NCBI GenBank assembly: GCA_963821235.1 | Contig: CAWGCS010000001.1 | Coordinates: 510,751-574,750, forward strand | Direction of reading: 5' to 3' | From: an uncultured Chloroflexia bacterium | GTDB taxonomy: Bacteria > Chloroflexota > Limnocylindria > Limnocylindrales > CSP1-4 | Length of the DNA: 64,000 bases | Part shown: positions 9,317 to 19,519 of the stretch, in pieces | How positions within the stretch are numbered: the stretch's first letter is position 1 | Layout of the letters: every line of letters starts with the position of its first letter | The notes under the pieces: generated by a model | Database searches by the model: none | What the model was told of the DNA's origin: nothing | The model's input: only the letters and a program-made list of their open reading frames with translations | Made by a program: the position numbers and the translations under genes

Positions 9317-10627
9317 TTACTGCTGGGAGATGCAGGTCTCCGCGGACGACTGCATCGTCTTGGTGATGCCGGCGATGTCGCTGTTGCCCGTGAACAGGTC
9401 ACGGACGCCCGCGGTCATCGAGTCGAACACGCAGCGCATCTCGAGGTTGGTCGGCTGCGGGATGCCCTTCTGCGCGGCCGCCGCGGCGCCGGCGAGCAAC
9501 GTGTCGCCCGTCACGATCGGGTCGGCGATCGCCTCGGCGTTGCCGGGGAGGCGCTTGAGGGCCTTGACCATGGCCACCTGCTGGTCCCTGGCCGTGGCGT
9601 AGTTGATGAAGTCGGTCACGACGGCGAGCTTGTCGGCGTCGTCGCCGACGGCCTTGCCGACCATGAGGAAGGTGCCCGCGATGTAGGGCTTCGGATCCTC
9701 GTGGCCGGTGATCATCGGCAGCGGGCCGACGCCGAGCTTGTCGCCGAGCGCCTCGGCGTAGGCGGCGATGGTCCAGTCGCCGTTGATGATGAAGGCGGCC
9801 TTGCCGTCCTTGAAGAGCCCGTCGGCGACGTTGTAGTCGGCTTCCTTGGGGGTGACCTTGTCCGTGTACTTGAGGTCGTACATGAACTGCAGGGCGCCCT
9901 TCATGGCGTCCGTGTCGAGGGTCGGGGTGACACCGTCGTCGGCGAAGACCCGGCCGCCGAAGCCGCCCAGGAACGGGATGAGCCAGAACGACTCGGTCTG
10001 GTTGAAGACGAGGCCGTAGTTGTCGCCCTTCGTCTGCGCCTTGGCCGTGGCGATCAGCGCGGCGCTGTCCGCCGGAACGGCGTCGCCGGCCAGGGACTTG
10101 TTCCAGAACAGCATCAGCTGGTTGCCGAAGGACGTCGGGGCGCCCCACAGCTTGCCGTCGGCAGTGACGATGTCGGCGGCGGCGGGCACGAAGCTCGCCT
10201 TGTCGACGACGCTGTCGAGCGGCAGGATCAGGTCGGCCGCGGTGAACGGGCCGACGTGGTCGGCGACGGTCCAGAGGAGCTCCGGCGCGTCGCCGGCGAG
10301 GCTCGCAGTCTGGAAGTCCTCGCGGAGCGCCTCCACGTCCTTGTTCACCACGTCGATCGTGACGTTGGAATGCAGGACCTTGTAGTCGTCGGCGAGCTTC
10401 TTGACGAACTGGAAGCTGCCGTCGGCCTCGCCCTCCTTGGTCCAGAGGGTCAGCTTGATGTCGCCCGTGGGGTAGGCGACCGGGGTCGGGGTCGGGGCCT
10501 CGGTCGCTGGCGCGGCCGTCGGCTCCGCGGACGCCGGCGCGGGCGTCGGGGTGGCTCCGCCGCTACACGCGCCGACGACGATGGCGAGCGCGCCGAGCGC
10601 GGTCACCAGCCTGGTCGTTCGCTGCAT
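9317..10627 (-). CDS. extracellular solute-binding lipoprotein of ABC sugar transporter (MalE-like)
   Basis: Has a lipoprotein signal with lipobox (LGALAIVVGAC|SGG) and a Pro/Thr/Ala linker, followed by a family 1 SBP fold. Start was set to the internal ATG (MQRTTRL). Confidence 0.9.
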   Translation of the reverse strand: MQRTTRLVTALGALAIVVGACSGGATPTPAPASAEPTAAPATEAPTPTPVAYPTGDIKLTLWTKEGEADGSFQFVKKLADDYKVLHSNVTIDVVNKDVEALREDFQTASLAGDAPELLWTVADHVGPFTAADLILPLDSVVDKASFVPAAADIVTADGKLWGAPTSFGNQLMLFWNKSLAGDAVPADSAALIATAKAQTKGDNYGLVFNQTESFWLIPFLGGFGGRVFADDGVTPTLDTDAMKGALQFMYDLKYTDKVTPKEADYNVADGLFKDGKAAFIINGDWTIAAYAEALGDKLGVGPLPMITGHEDPKPYIAGTFLMVGKAVGDDADKLAVVTDFINYATARDQQVAMVKALKRLPGNAEAIADPIVTGDTLLAGAAAAAQKGIPQPTNLEMRCVFDSMTAGVRDLFTGNSDIAGITKTMQSSAETCISQQ

Positions 10628-10757
10628 GGGTCTCTGTGCTCCTCCTGCGGCCGGCCGCCACATGGCGCCGGCATCGTCCGGTTCTGCCCGTCGCCCGATG
10701 CGGACGGGTTCCGGCCTCGGATCGCCGCACGCGCGGCGACCCGCTCCTCCGGCTGGG

Positions 10758-11825
10758 TCAGTTCCTCTCGGTCACCTCCTCGCGCCGCACGGGCGCTGGG
10801 CCGCTCGAGGCCCGGACGATGAGCCGGGTCTCCAGGCGGCGATGGACCGGCCGCGTCTCCCGTCGCTCGATCGCCGCGAGCAGGAGGCGGCAGGCCTCCT
10901 CGCCCTTGCGGCGAATCGGCTGGTGCACGGTCGTGAGGGGGGGCTGCACGTAGCTGGCAAGCTCGATGTCGTCGAAGCCGACGACGCTCAGGTCGTCTGG
11001 CACGACGAGGCCGCGCCGGCAGGCGTCCCGGATCGCCCCGATGGCCATCACGTCGCTCATCGCCAGGACGGCGGTCGGGCGGAGGCCGTCCTCCCACGTC
11101 CGCGAGAAGCAGGCCGCCCCGCCGTCGACGCTTGCCGGGCCGACGACGACGCGGTCGTCCGGGAATGCGACGCCGGCATCCTCGAGGGCCGCCCGGAAGC
11201 CGGCAAGCCGGCGTCCGAGGACGCCCCCGAAGTCGGCCTTCGAGCCCGGCGGCGGCGGCTCGACCCCGATGACCAGGAAGTCGCGGTGGCCGAGGGCGAG
11301 CAGGTGCTCGGCCGCGGACCGCGCGCCGCCCTCGTCGTCGACGTCCACGGCGTTGTGCTCCGGGAACGCGGCCGAGTCGACGAGCACGATCGGCAGGTCC
11401 GCCTTGCGGATCTGCCCGACCTCCGGGTGCTCCTCCGAGAGGCCGATGGCCACGAAGCCGTCGACCGTGGCCCGCCCGACGGCCCGCGCGAGCGATCCGT
11501 GGACCGGCGACACGAACAGGAGGCCGTAGCCGGCCTCCTCGGCGGCGGCCGCCACGCCCTCGCTGAACGTCGCGAAGAACGGGTTGGCAAACACGATCGA
11601 AAGGGCCTGCGGGGTGAGGACGCCCAGGGTCCGCGTGCGCCGCTGGGTCAGCATGCGGGCGACCGGGTGCGGCCGGTAGCCGAGCGAATCGGCGACCGCG
11701 CGGATCCGCGTCGCGGTGTCCGGGCTGAGGCGCTCCGGGCTGTTGAAGGCGAACGAGACCGCGGTCTTGGACACGCCCGCCTCCCGGGCGACATCGGCGA
11801 TGCGCGGCCGGCCCCGGTGCTCCAC
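10758..11825 (-). CDS. LacI-family transcriptional repressor of the maltodextrin operon
   Basis: N-terminal HTH (IADVAREAGVSKTAVSFAFN) plus a periplasmic-binding-protein-like sugar-binding core. The ORF-track start at 11891 is a TTG lying inside the operator palindromes, so the start was moved to the GTG (VEHRGRPRIADVA). Confidence 0.8.
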   Translation of the reverse strand: MEHRGRPRIADVAREAGVSKTAVSFAFNSPERLSPDTATRIRAVADSLGYRPHPVARMLTQRRTRTLGVLTPQALSIVFANPFFATFSEGVAAAAEEAGYGLLFVSPVHGSLARAVGRATVDGFVAIGLSEEHPEVGQIRKADLPIVLVDSAAFPEHNAVDVDDEGGARSAAEHLLALGHRDFLVIGVEPPPPGSKADFGGVLGRRLAGFRAALEDAGVAFPDDRVVVGPASVDGGAACFSRTWEDGLRPTAVLAMSDVMAIGAIRDACRRGLVVPDDLSVVGFDDIELASYVQPPLTTVHQPIRRKGEEACRLLLAAIERRETRPVHRRLETRLIVRASSGPAPVRREEVTERN

Positions 11826-11873
11826 GCTGGCCTGCACCTCCTCGTGCCGGCGGCTGGCTCCCGCTTGCCGGCG

Positions 11874-11903
11874 TGCAAACCGGTTTAGCAAACCGGTTTA
11901 GCA
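11874..11903. promoter_or_regulatory. tandem LacI-type operator: two copies of the perfect palindrome AAACCGGTTT within TGCAAACCGGTTTAGCAAACCGGTTTAGCA
   Basis: Direct reading shows two 10-bp perfect palindromes 13 bp apart. The flanks match the LacI-family TGnAAnCGnTTnCA pattern. The site lies about 50 bp upstream of the lacI-family gene and about 140 bp upstream of a divergent membrane-protein gene. Confidence 0.5.
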
Positions 11904-12041
11904 GACGGTACCGGGGCGACCAGATGGTGTCAAGGGGGGAACGTGGGCCTCCGCCCGGCCGCGAAGGACGGCGCTGCGGGAGGCCCGCTGCCCGGGTCGC
12001 GGCCGGCGTCGCAGGCGCCAGGCGCATGGCAGAATCCTTGC

Positions 12042-12419
12042 ATGACGCCTCCGTCCGGCACCCGCCTTCCCCCGCCGGGCCTCCTCCTCTTCCTCGCCTA
12101 CGCCTTCCTCATCCTGGCCGCCATCGGCGTCTCCCTGCCGTGGGTCGTCGACCAGGCGATCTCCGCGCCGGTCAGCCTCCCCGGCATCGTCGGCATGGTC
12201 CTCCTGGCCTACACGATCTTCACCATCACGATGGTGCTCCAGCGCAAGCAGGCGGCCTGGGGCCTGGCCGTCTGGCTGTCCACGCTGACCCTGCCGGCGG
12301 TGCCGCTCCTCCTGCTCGGCCCCGTGCCGGCCGCCGCCGTCGCCCCGGCCGTGCTCGCGATCCTCCTCTTCGCCGGCCTGCGCCGGCCGTCCGCCCGGGC
12401 CTGGCTCTCCGAGCTGTGA
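12042..12419 (+). CDS. small integral membrane protein (hypothetical)
   Basis: Three or four TM helices (LLLFLAYAFLILAAIGVSL, IVGMVLLAYTIFTITMVL, LAVWLSTLTLPAVPLLLLG). Transcribed divergently from the LacI operator region. Confidence 0.4.
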   Translation: MTPPSGTRLPPPGLLLFLAYAFLILAAIGVSLPWVVDQAISAPVSLPGIVGMVLLAYTIFTITMVLQRKQAAWGLAVWLSTLTLPAVPLLLLGPVPAAAVAPAVLAILLFAGLRRPSARAWLSEL

Positions 12420-12521
12420 GCCGCGACGCGGCGCTCGCGGGCCTCCGTCGCGGCCCGATCTCCGGTCCTCCGCTACCCTGTCCGCTCCATCGTCCCCTGT
12501 GACCCTCGAGGACCAACTCCC

Positions 12522-13340
12522 GTGCCCAAGCGCTCCCGGAGCACTCGACCCGCCAGCCCGACGAGCCCGTCGCGCCCGGCCACCTCGCGTCCGTCGGCGC
12601 CGGGCGCAGCGCCGACGGCGCCCGGCGGCCGCATCCGGTCCTCCGCCCCCGCCCGGCGGCCGGGCCTGGAGCGCTACCGTGGCGCGATCATCGGGGCCAT
12701 CGTCGTGACGATCCTCGTCGTCGGCGGCGCGTTCGTCTTCCTGGGGGCGACGCAGCCCGCCTACGCCTGCGACACGCTGCTGACGCCCGAGCCGGCGGCG
12801 ACGCCGGCGGCGGACGCCACGCCGCGCCTGGGGCAGGTGACGCGAGACCTCGGCCGCAGCCACGTGGAGACGGGGAGCCGGGTCACCTATGAGTTCTGCC
12901 CGCCGACGTCCGGCGCGCACTACAACGACGCTCGCTACGGCCCCATCGCCACGCGCTTCTACAGCGCCGACGACCGGACAGAGCCCGAGGGCTGGGTCCA
13001 CAACCTGGAGCACGGCCAGACGGCCGTCCTCTACCGCTGCCCGGAGGGCTGCGACGCGGCCGCCCAGACCGCCCTCGGTGCCCTCCAGCAAGAGCTGCCG
13101 GCGAGCCCGCTCTGCTCCCTGCCACCTGCCTCGTCCGTCGTCGTGACGCGCTTCGACGACCTGCCCACGCCGTACGCCGTCGTCGTCTGGGGTCGGGTCC
13201 TCTTCCTGGACACCCTCGACGTGCCCGCCATCACCACCTTCCGGACCCAGAGTGCCGATCGCGGCCCCGAGCCCCAGTGCCAGAACGCCGTGCCCGGCGC
13301 GAGCCCGTCCGCGGCGCCGTCGGCGACCCCCAGCCCCTAG
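12522..13340 (+). CDS. DUF3105 domain membrane-anchored protein
   Basis: Basic, Pro-rich N-terminus, a single TM (IIGAIVVTILVVGGAFVFL), then the DUF3105-like core with the CPPTSGAHY motif and conserved Cys pairs. Confidence 0.6.
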   Translation: MPKRSRSTRPASPTSPSRPATSRPSAPGAAPTAPGGRIRSSAPARRPGLERYRGAIIGAIVVTILVVGGAFVFLGATQPAYACDTLLTPEPAATPAADATPRLGQVTRDLGRSHVETGSRVTYEFCPPTSGAHYNDARYGPIATRFYSADDRTEPEGWVHNLEHGQTAVLYRCPEGCDAAAQTALGALQQELPASPLCSLPPASSVVVTRFDDLPTPYAVVVWGRVLFLDTLDVPAITTFRTQSADRGPEPQCQNAVPGASPSAAPSATPSP

Positions 13341-13359
13341 GCAGCGCAGGAGCCGGCCG

Positions 13360-14379
13360 ATGCGCCTCGTCGCCCACCTCGACGACCTCGACCTGCCGGT
13401 GGCCGGCATCCTCGCCGACGGCCGGGTCCTGACCCTCGACCTCCTGGCCGCGCGGGCTGGCCTCCGCGAGGAGCTGGCCTTCCTCGATCCCCGCGGCCTG
13501 CTGGCCGAGGACGAGGACCTCGCCGAGACGCGGGCGGCGTTCGAGCGGGCCCGGGATCTCGGCCTGACCGGGGTCGAGCCGGCCAGCCTCCGCCCGACGG
13601 CGCCCCTGGAGCCGGGCAAGGTCATCTGCATCGGCCAGAACTATGCCGGCCACGTCCGCGAGCAGGGCCTGCCCCTGCCGGCTCGGCCGCTCCTCTTCGC
13701 CAAGTTCGCCAATGCCGTCGTCGGCGACGGCGAGCCCGTCATCCGGCCGGCGACCACGCATGCCCTGGACCTCGAGGCGGAGATGGCCGTCGTCATCGGG
13801 CGCCGCGCCCGGCGGGTGACGGTCGCCGACGCGCTCCGGCACGTGGCCGGCTACGCCACCGCCAACGACATCTCGGCCCGCGACCTCCAGGGAAGCCGGC
13901 CGGCCCTCCGCGAGGGCGAGCGCGGGGACGGCCAGTGGCTCCGGGCGAAGGGCTCCGACACGTTCCTGCCGCTGGGCCCGTGCCTCGTCACGGCCGACGA
14001 GCTGGGGGACCCGGGCGACCTGGCGGTGCGGGGCTACCACACCCCGGCCGGCGGTCCCGGTGCCGGGCGCGAGGCCATGGTCCAGGACGGGCGCACCTCC
14101 GACATGATCTTCGCGGTGGCCGAGCTCATCGCCTTCATCTCGGCGAGCATCACCCTGGAACCGGGGGACGTCGTCATCACCGGTACGCCGTCTGGCGTCG
14201 GCGTCTTCCGCGATCCCCCGGTCTTCCTCGAGCCGGGCGACGTCGTGCGGGTCGAGGTGGAGGGGATCGGGTCGGTCCGCAATCCCATCGTCGACGAGGC
14301 CGGGGCGGCGCCCGCCGGGTCGCCGGCCGCCAGCCTGCTTGCCGGACGGGCTGCCGGCGCGGGGGGCGGAGCGGCCTGA
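13360..14379 (+). CDS. fumarylacetoacetate hydrolase (FAH) family protein
   Basis: FAH-fold motifs are present ([28 protein letters not shown]-like region, GTPSGVG). Start was set at MRLVAHL. Confidence 0.8.
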   Translation: MRLVAHLDDLDLPVAGILADGRVLTLDLLAARAGLREELAFLDPRGLLAEDEDLAETRAAFERARDLGLTGVEPASLRPTAPLEPGKVICIGQNYAGHVREQGLPLPARPLLFAKFANAVVGDGEPVIRPATTHALDLEAEMAVVIGRRARRVTVADALRHVAGYATANDISARDLQGSRPALREGERGDGQWLRAKGSDTFLPLGPCLVTADELGDPGDLAVRGYHTPAGGPGAGREAMVQDGRTSDMIFAVAELIAFISASITLEPGDVVITGTPSGVGVFRDPPVFLEPGDVVRVEVEGIGSVRNPIVDEAGAAPAGSPAASLLAGRAAGAGGGAA

Positions 14380-14506
14380 CGCGCCGCGGGCGCCGGTCCG
14401 GTGGAGGGCGCAGAATCGCGGCGCTGACGACGACGTCGGTGAGAGCCGCCCTCGCCTCGTCGCGTCGGCGCGACAGGCCGCGACAGGCACTGCAGAGGAG
14501 GCGTCG

Positions 14507-15535
14507 ATGCTCGCCCTCGTGAAGACGGCGCCGGGTCCCGGGCTGGAGCTGCGCGACGTGCCGGTCCCGGAGATCGGGATCAACGACGTCCTCGTCCGGG
14601 TCCGGCGGACCGGCATCTGCGGCACCGACCTCCACATCGCCGGCTGGGACGCGTGGGCGGCGCGGACCATCGTCCCGCCCCTCGTCGTCGGCCACGAGTT
14701 CGTCGGCCAGATCGTGGCGGTCGGCTCGAACGTCGCCGACTTCCACCCGGGGGACCTGGTGAGCGGCGAGGGCCACGTCGTGTGCGGACGCTGCCGGCAC
14801 TGCCTGGCCGGGCGGCGGCACCTCTGCGCCCGGACGATCGGCCTGGGCGTCGGCCGGGACGGGGCGTTCGCCGAGTACGTGACCCTCCCGATGACCAACA
14901 TCTGGCACCACTGGCCGGGGATCGACGAGGAGGTCGCCGCGATCTTCGACCCGTTCGGGAACGCCGTCCACACGGCCCTGGCCTTCCCCCTCCTCGGCGA
15001 GGACGTCCTCGTCTCGGGGGCGGGTCCCATCGGCCTGATGGCGACGGCCGTGGCCAGGCACGCGGGCGCCCGCTGCATCGTCGTCTCCGAGCCGAACCCG
15101 GTCCGCCGCGAGATCGCCCTCCGCATGGGCGCCACGGCGGCCGTCGACCCTCGCGAGCGCGACCTCCGCGAGGTCGGGCGCGAGCTCGGCCTGGTGGAGG
15201 GCTACGACGTTGCCCTCGAGATGTCCGGCAACCCGGCCGCGTTGCGGGCCGCAATCGGCAGCATGGCCCACGGCGGCGGCATCGCCATCCTCGGCATCCC
15301 GACCGAGGAGCTCGCGATCGACGTCAACGAGATCGTCTTCAAGATGCTCACCCTGCGGGGCATCTACGGCCGCGAGATGTACGAGACCTGGTACAAGATG
15401 ACCGTGATGCTCCAGTCCGGCCTGGACATCACCCCGGCGATCACCCATCGCTTCTCGTTCCGCGACCACGAGGCGGCGTTCGCGGCGGCGCGCTCCGGGG
15501 ACGCCGGCAAGGTGATCATGGACTGGACGTCGTGA
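14507..15535 (+). CDS. tdh: L-threonine 3-dehydrogenase
   Basis: Zn-dependent MDR with GHEFVG, a C-x2-C-x2-C-x7-C structural zinc cluster ([15 protein letters not shown]) and the Tdh-type C-terminus. It lies immediately upstream of kbl. Confidence 0.9.
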   Translation: MLALVKTAPGPGLELRDVPVPEIGINDVLVRVRRTGICGTDLHIAGWDAWAARTIVPPLVVGHEFVGQIVAVGSNVADFHPGDLVSGEGHVVCGRCRHCLAGRRHLCARTIGLGVGRDGAFAEYVTLPMTNIWHHWPGIDEEVAAIFDPFGNAVHTALAFPLLGEDVLVSGAGPIGLMATAVARHAGARCIVVSEPNPVRREIALRMGATAAVDPRERDLREVGRELGLVEGYDVALEMSGNPAALRAAIGSMAHGGGIAILGIPTEELAIDVNEIVFKMLTLRGIYGREMYETWYKMTVMLQSGLDITPAITHRFSFRDHEAAFAAARSGDAGKVIMDWTS

Positions 15536-15563
15536 GCCGCTTCCCAGCACGAGGACGGAGGCC

Positions 15564-16777
<1,214 letters not shown>

Positions 16778-16781
<4 letters not shown>

Positions 16782-17689
16782 GCAACGCCGTCGACGGGCT
16801 GCCCGCGCCGGGACGCGAGGTGGACCGCGACCTTCCCCTCGACGCCCACCTGCACACGGACCAGTCGGCGGACAGTGACGTGCCCATCGACCGCTACTGC
16901 GCCTCGGCCGTGGAGCGCGGCGTCGCCGAGATCGTGATCACGGACCACCTCGACTTCGATCCCCGGGCGCCCGCCTTCGCCTTCGCCTGCTTCGCGGCCC
17001 GGGAGCGATCCGTGCGCGAGGCCGCGGCGCGCTGGGCCGACCGCGGCCTCGCCATCCGCTTCGGCGTCGAGATCAGCTACGAGGCCCATCGCGAGGCGGA
17101 GATCCGCGATCACCTCGCCCGCCACCCGTACGACTACGCCATCGGCTCCGTCCACGTCATGTCGTACTCGCCGTACACCGGGCGTCGCGTCGCCGCGTGG
17201 GTCGCCGGCAAGTCGTTCGAAGAGATCGTGGCGCCCTACTTCGCCGAGGTCCGGGCCGCCATCGAGAGCGAGCTGTTCGACGTCGTGGGGCACCTCGACT
17301 ACGTGAAGAAGTACCTGGCCGCCCACGTCCCGCCGTCGGCCTTCGCCGCCGCGCCGGACGTCTACGAGCCGGTCCTGCGGGCGCTCGTGGAGAGCGGCAC
17401 GGGCCTCGAGGTCAATGCGTCCGGGCTCCGCCAGGTTCCCGGAGAGACGTACCCGCCGCCGTGGGTGGTGGCCCGCTACCGCGAGCTCGGAGGGTCGATC
17501 GTGACGGTCGGCTCGGACGCCCACCGGGCTGGGGCCTTCGCCTATGGGATCGCCCACGCCTACGGGATCGCCGCGGGGGCTGGCTTCGAGGAGGTCGCCG
17601 TCCGTCGCGCTCCAGGGGTCCCGCGGGCGGGATCCCGGGCGGCCATCCCCGACCGGATTCGCAGGGCCCGGCTGATCGGCGCACCCTAA
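16778..17689 (+). CDS. PHP-family metal-dependent phosphoesterase (histidinol-phosphatase-like)
   Basis: PHP motifs are present: an N-terminal HxH (DAHLHTDQS), ITDHLDFD, and GSVHV. Confidence 0.6.
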
Positions 17690-17710
17690 CGGCATGGGCC
17701 CGGGCTCGTT

Positions 17711-18301
17711 ATGACACCCGACGACGACGCGATCGAATGGCTCGTGGGGGCGGCGAAGGCAGGTGACGCGGAAGCGTTCGGCCGGCTCTTCGACCGCTAT
17801 CACGAACCCGTCTACCGCTACGTCGCCGCCCGGATACGCCGCCCGAGCGACGCAGAGGACCTGGCGCAGCTCGTCTTCGTCAAGGCCCTGGAGGCGCTCC
17901 CGCGATATGAGCAGCGGGGCATCCCCTTCGGGGGCTGGCTCTTTCGGCTGGCCAGGAACGTGGTGATCGATCATCTTCGGACGAACCGCGAGCACGTCGA
18001 GCTGGACGCGCTTGCGGAGCGGCCGGATCTGGGGGCCGGGCCGGAGGCGCAGATCCTCGCTCGACAGGAGATGGACGCCGTGGCCGAGGCGCTCGACCTC
18101 CTGACCGACGAGCAGCGCGACGCGATCGCGCTGCGATTCTTCGCAGGGCTCTCCGCTCGCGAGGCGGCGGAGGCGATGGGCAAGCAGGAAGGAACGGTGC
18201 GGGGGCTCCAGTTCCGGGCGATCGCGGCGCTTCGACGCCACCTCGGCCGGGACATCGCAGCCGGCGTCGAGGCGCCGAGCGACGAGGACAGCGGGAAATG
18301 A
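17711..18301 (+). CDS. ECF-type RNA polymerase sigma-70 factor
   Basis: Has a sigma-70 region 2 (YHEPVYRYVAARI...DAEDLAQLVFVKA) and a region 4 HTH (LSAREAAEAMGKQEGTVRGLQFRA). Confidence 0.85.
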   Translation: MTPDDDAIEWLVGAAKAGDAEAFGRLFDRYHEPVYRYVAARIRRPSDAEDLAQLVFVKALEALPRYEQRGIPFGGWLFRLARNVVIDHLRTNREHVELDALAERPDLGAGPEAQILARQEMDAVAEALDLLTDEQRDAIALRFFAGLSAREAAEAMGKQEGTVRGLQFRAIAALRRHLGRDIAAGVEAPSDEDSGK

Positions 18302-19335
18302 GCGACCACGAGCGCGACGAGCGGGGCAAGGACTGGGGCGACGACGGCGAGCTGGGCCCGCTGCTCGACGCCTATGCCGCGGCGCGCCTGCGGTCCGACC
18401 CCGAGCGCACCGGCGTCGCGCGCGCCAGGGTGATGGCGGAGGCCCGCCGCCAGCTGGATGCCCGCGGGCGAGGCGCGGAGCAGCCGGAGGGGGCCGCGCT
18501 CCCGACGGCCGCGGCAGGCGCTCCCGGGCCGCGGGGCGGGGCTGCGACCGATGGCTCCCGCGAGCGCTGGCGCCTCCCCTGGATCCGACCGCTCCGGGGA
18601 TCGTTCGCGGCCGTCGCCTTCCTGGTTGTCGCCCTGGCCGTGGCGGGTGGGGTCGCCGCGGGCAGTGGCCCTGGCGGCCCGTTCTACGAGCCCAGGCTCT
18701 GGTTCGAGGACCTGACCCTGCCGTCGGATCCGGTCGCCCGCGAGGCTGCGCAGCTTGCGCACCTGGAGGCGCGGCTCGACGAGGCGAGGGAGGCGGCCGC
18801 ATCGGGCAACGGCCCCGCGGTCACCGCCGCACTGGACGCATACCAGCGGACGGCCGACGCCGCGATGGAGGCTGCCGGCTCCGACCTGAGTCGCCGGGAG
18901 CACGTCGCCGCGGCGCTCGGAAGGCACGTGGCGGTCCTCCGGGCGCTCGTGTCCAGCGTGCCGGCGCGGGCCAGCGACGCGATCCGCCAGGCCGTGGAGC
19001 GCACGGAGATCCGGATCGAGCAGATCCTGGCGTCGCCGCCCCCCAACCCGCCCAAGCCGGAGGCGACGCCCAAGCCGACGAAGTCGCCCAAGCCGGAGGC
19101 GACGCCCAAGCCGACGAAGTCGCCCAAGCCGGAGGCGACGCCCAAGCCGACGCCGCCCGGCAAGCCGGAGGCGACGCCCAAGCCGACGAAGTCGCCCAAG
19201 CCGGAGGCGACGCCCAAGCCGACGAAGTCGCCCAAGCCGGAGGCGACGCCCAAGCCGACGAAGTCGCCCAAGCCGACGAAGTCGCCCCGGCCCACGAAGT
19301 CGCCGCCGCCGAACCGCCCCACTCCGGCGCCCTGA
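18298..19335 (+). CDS. putative anti-sigma factor (single-pass membrane protein with C-terminal Pro/Lys/Thr tandem repeats)
   Basis: Overlaps the sigma factor stop by 4 bp. One TM helix (FAAVAFLVVALAVAGGVAAG). The C-terminus carries about six perfect repeats of PEATPKPTKSPK. Confidence 0.6.
   Translation: MSDHERDERGKDWGDDGELGPLLDAYAAARLRSDPERTGVARARVMAEARRQLDARGRGAEQPEGAALPTAAAGAPGPRGGAATDGSRERWRLPWIRPLRGSFAAVAFLVVALAVAGGVAAGSGPGGPFYEPRLWFEDLTLPSDPVAREAAQLAHLEARLDEAREAAASGNGPAVTAALDAYQRTADAAMEAAGSDLSRREHVAAALGRHVAVLRALVSSVPARASDAIRQAVERTEIRIEQILASPPPNPPKPEATPKPTKSPKPEATPKPTKSPKPEATPKPTPPGKPEATPKPTKSPKPEATPKPTKSPKPEATPKPTKSPKPTKSPRPTKSPPPNRPTPAP
19048..19310 (+). repeat. perfect 36-bp tandem repeat array (about 6-7 units, CCCAAGCCGGAGGCGACGCCCAAGCCGACGAAGTCG)
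   Basis: Read directly from the sequence. The units are identical or nearly so and encode PKPEATPKPTKS. Boundaries are approximate. Confidence 0.8.
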
Positions 19336-19519
19336 CGGGTCGCCCGCCCGAGGCATCCTCGAGGGCCTCGCGCCGCATCGCTCGACCCGGTACGCTCCGG
19401 TGAGTGTCATCGTCTGTTGCGTCTTCCGGCTTGGCTCCTACGCTCCTTGCCCACCCGCAAGGTGTGGCTTCCATGCGTTGTGCCGGCCGGGAGACACGAC
19501 AGACCGGCCGGCGTGACTT

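Noticed and set aside
7303-9402. 699-aa ORF suggesting a single large permease
   Set aside because: Only the C-terminal 301 aa are a MalG-like permease. The upstream part is the out-of-frame overlap with the MalF-like gene, which is encoded separately at 8205-9230.
10758-11891. TTG start at 11891 for the LacI-family gene as given by the ORF track
   Set aside because: It would place the start codon inside the tandem operator palindromes and add 22 non-conserved residues before the HTH. The GTG at 11825 was preferred.
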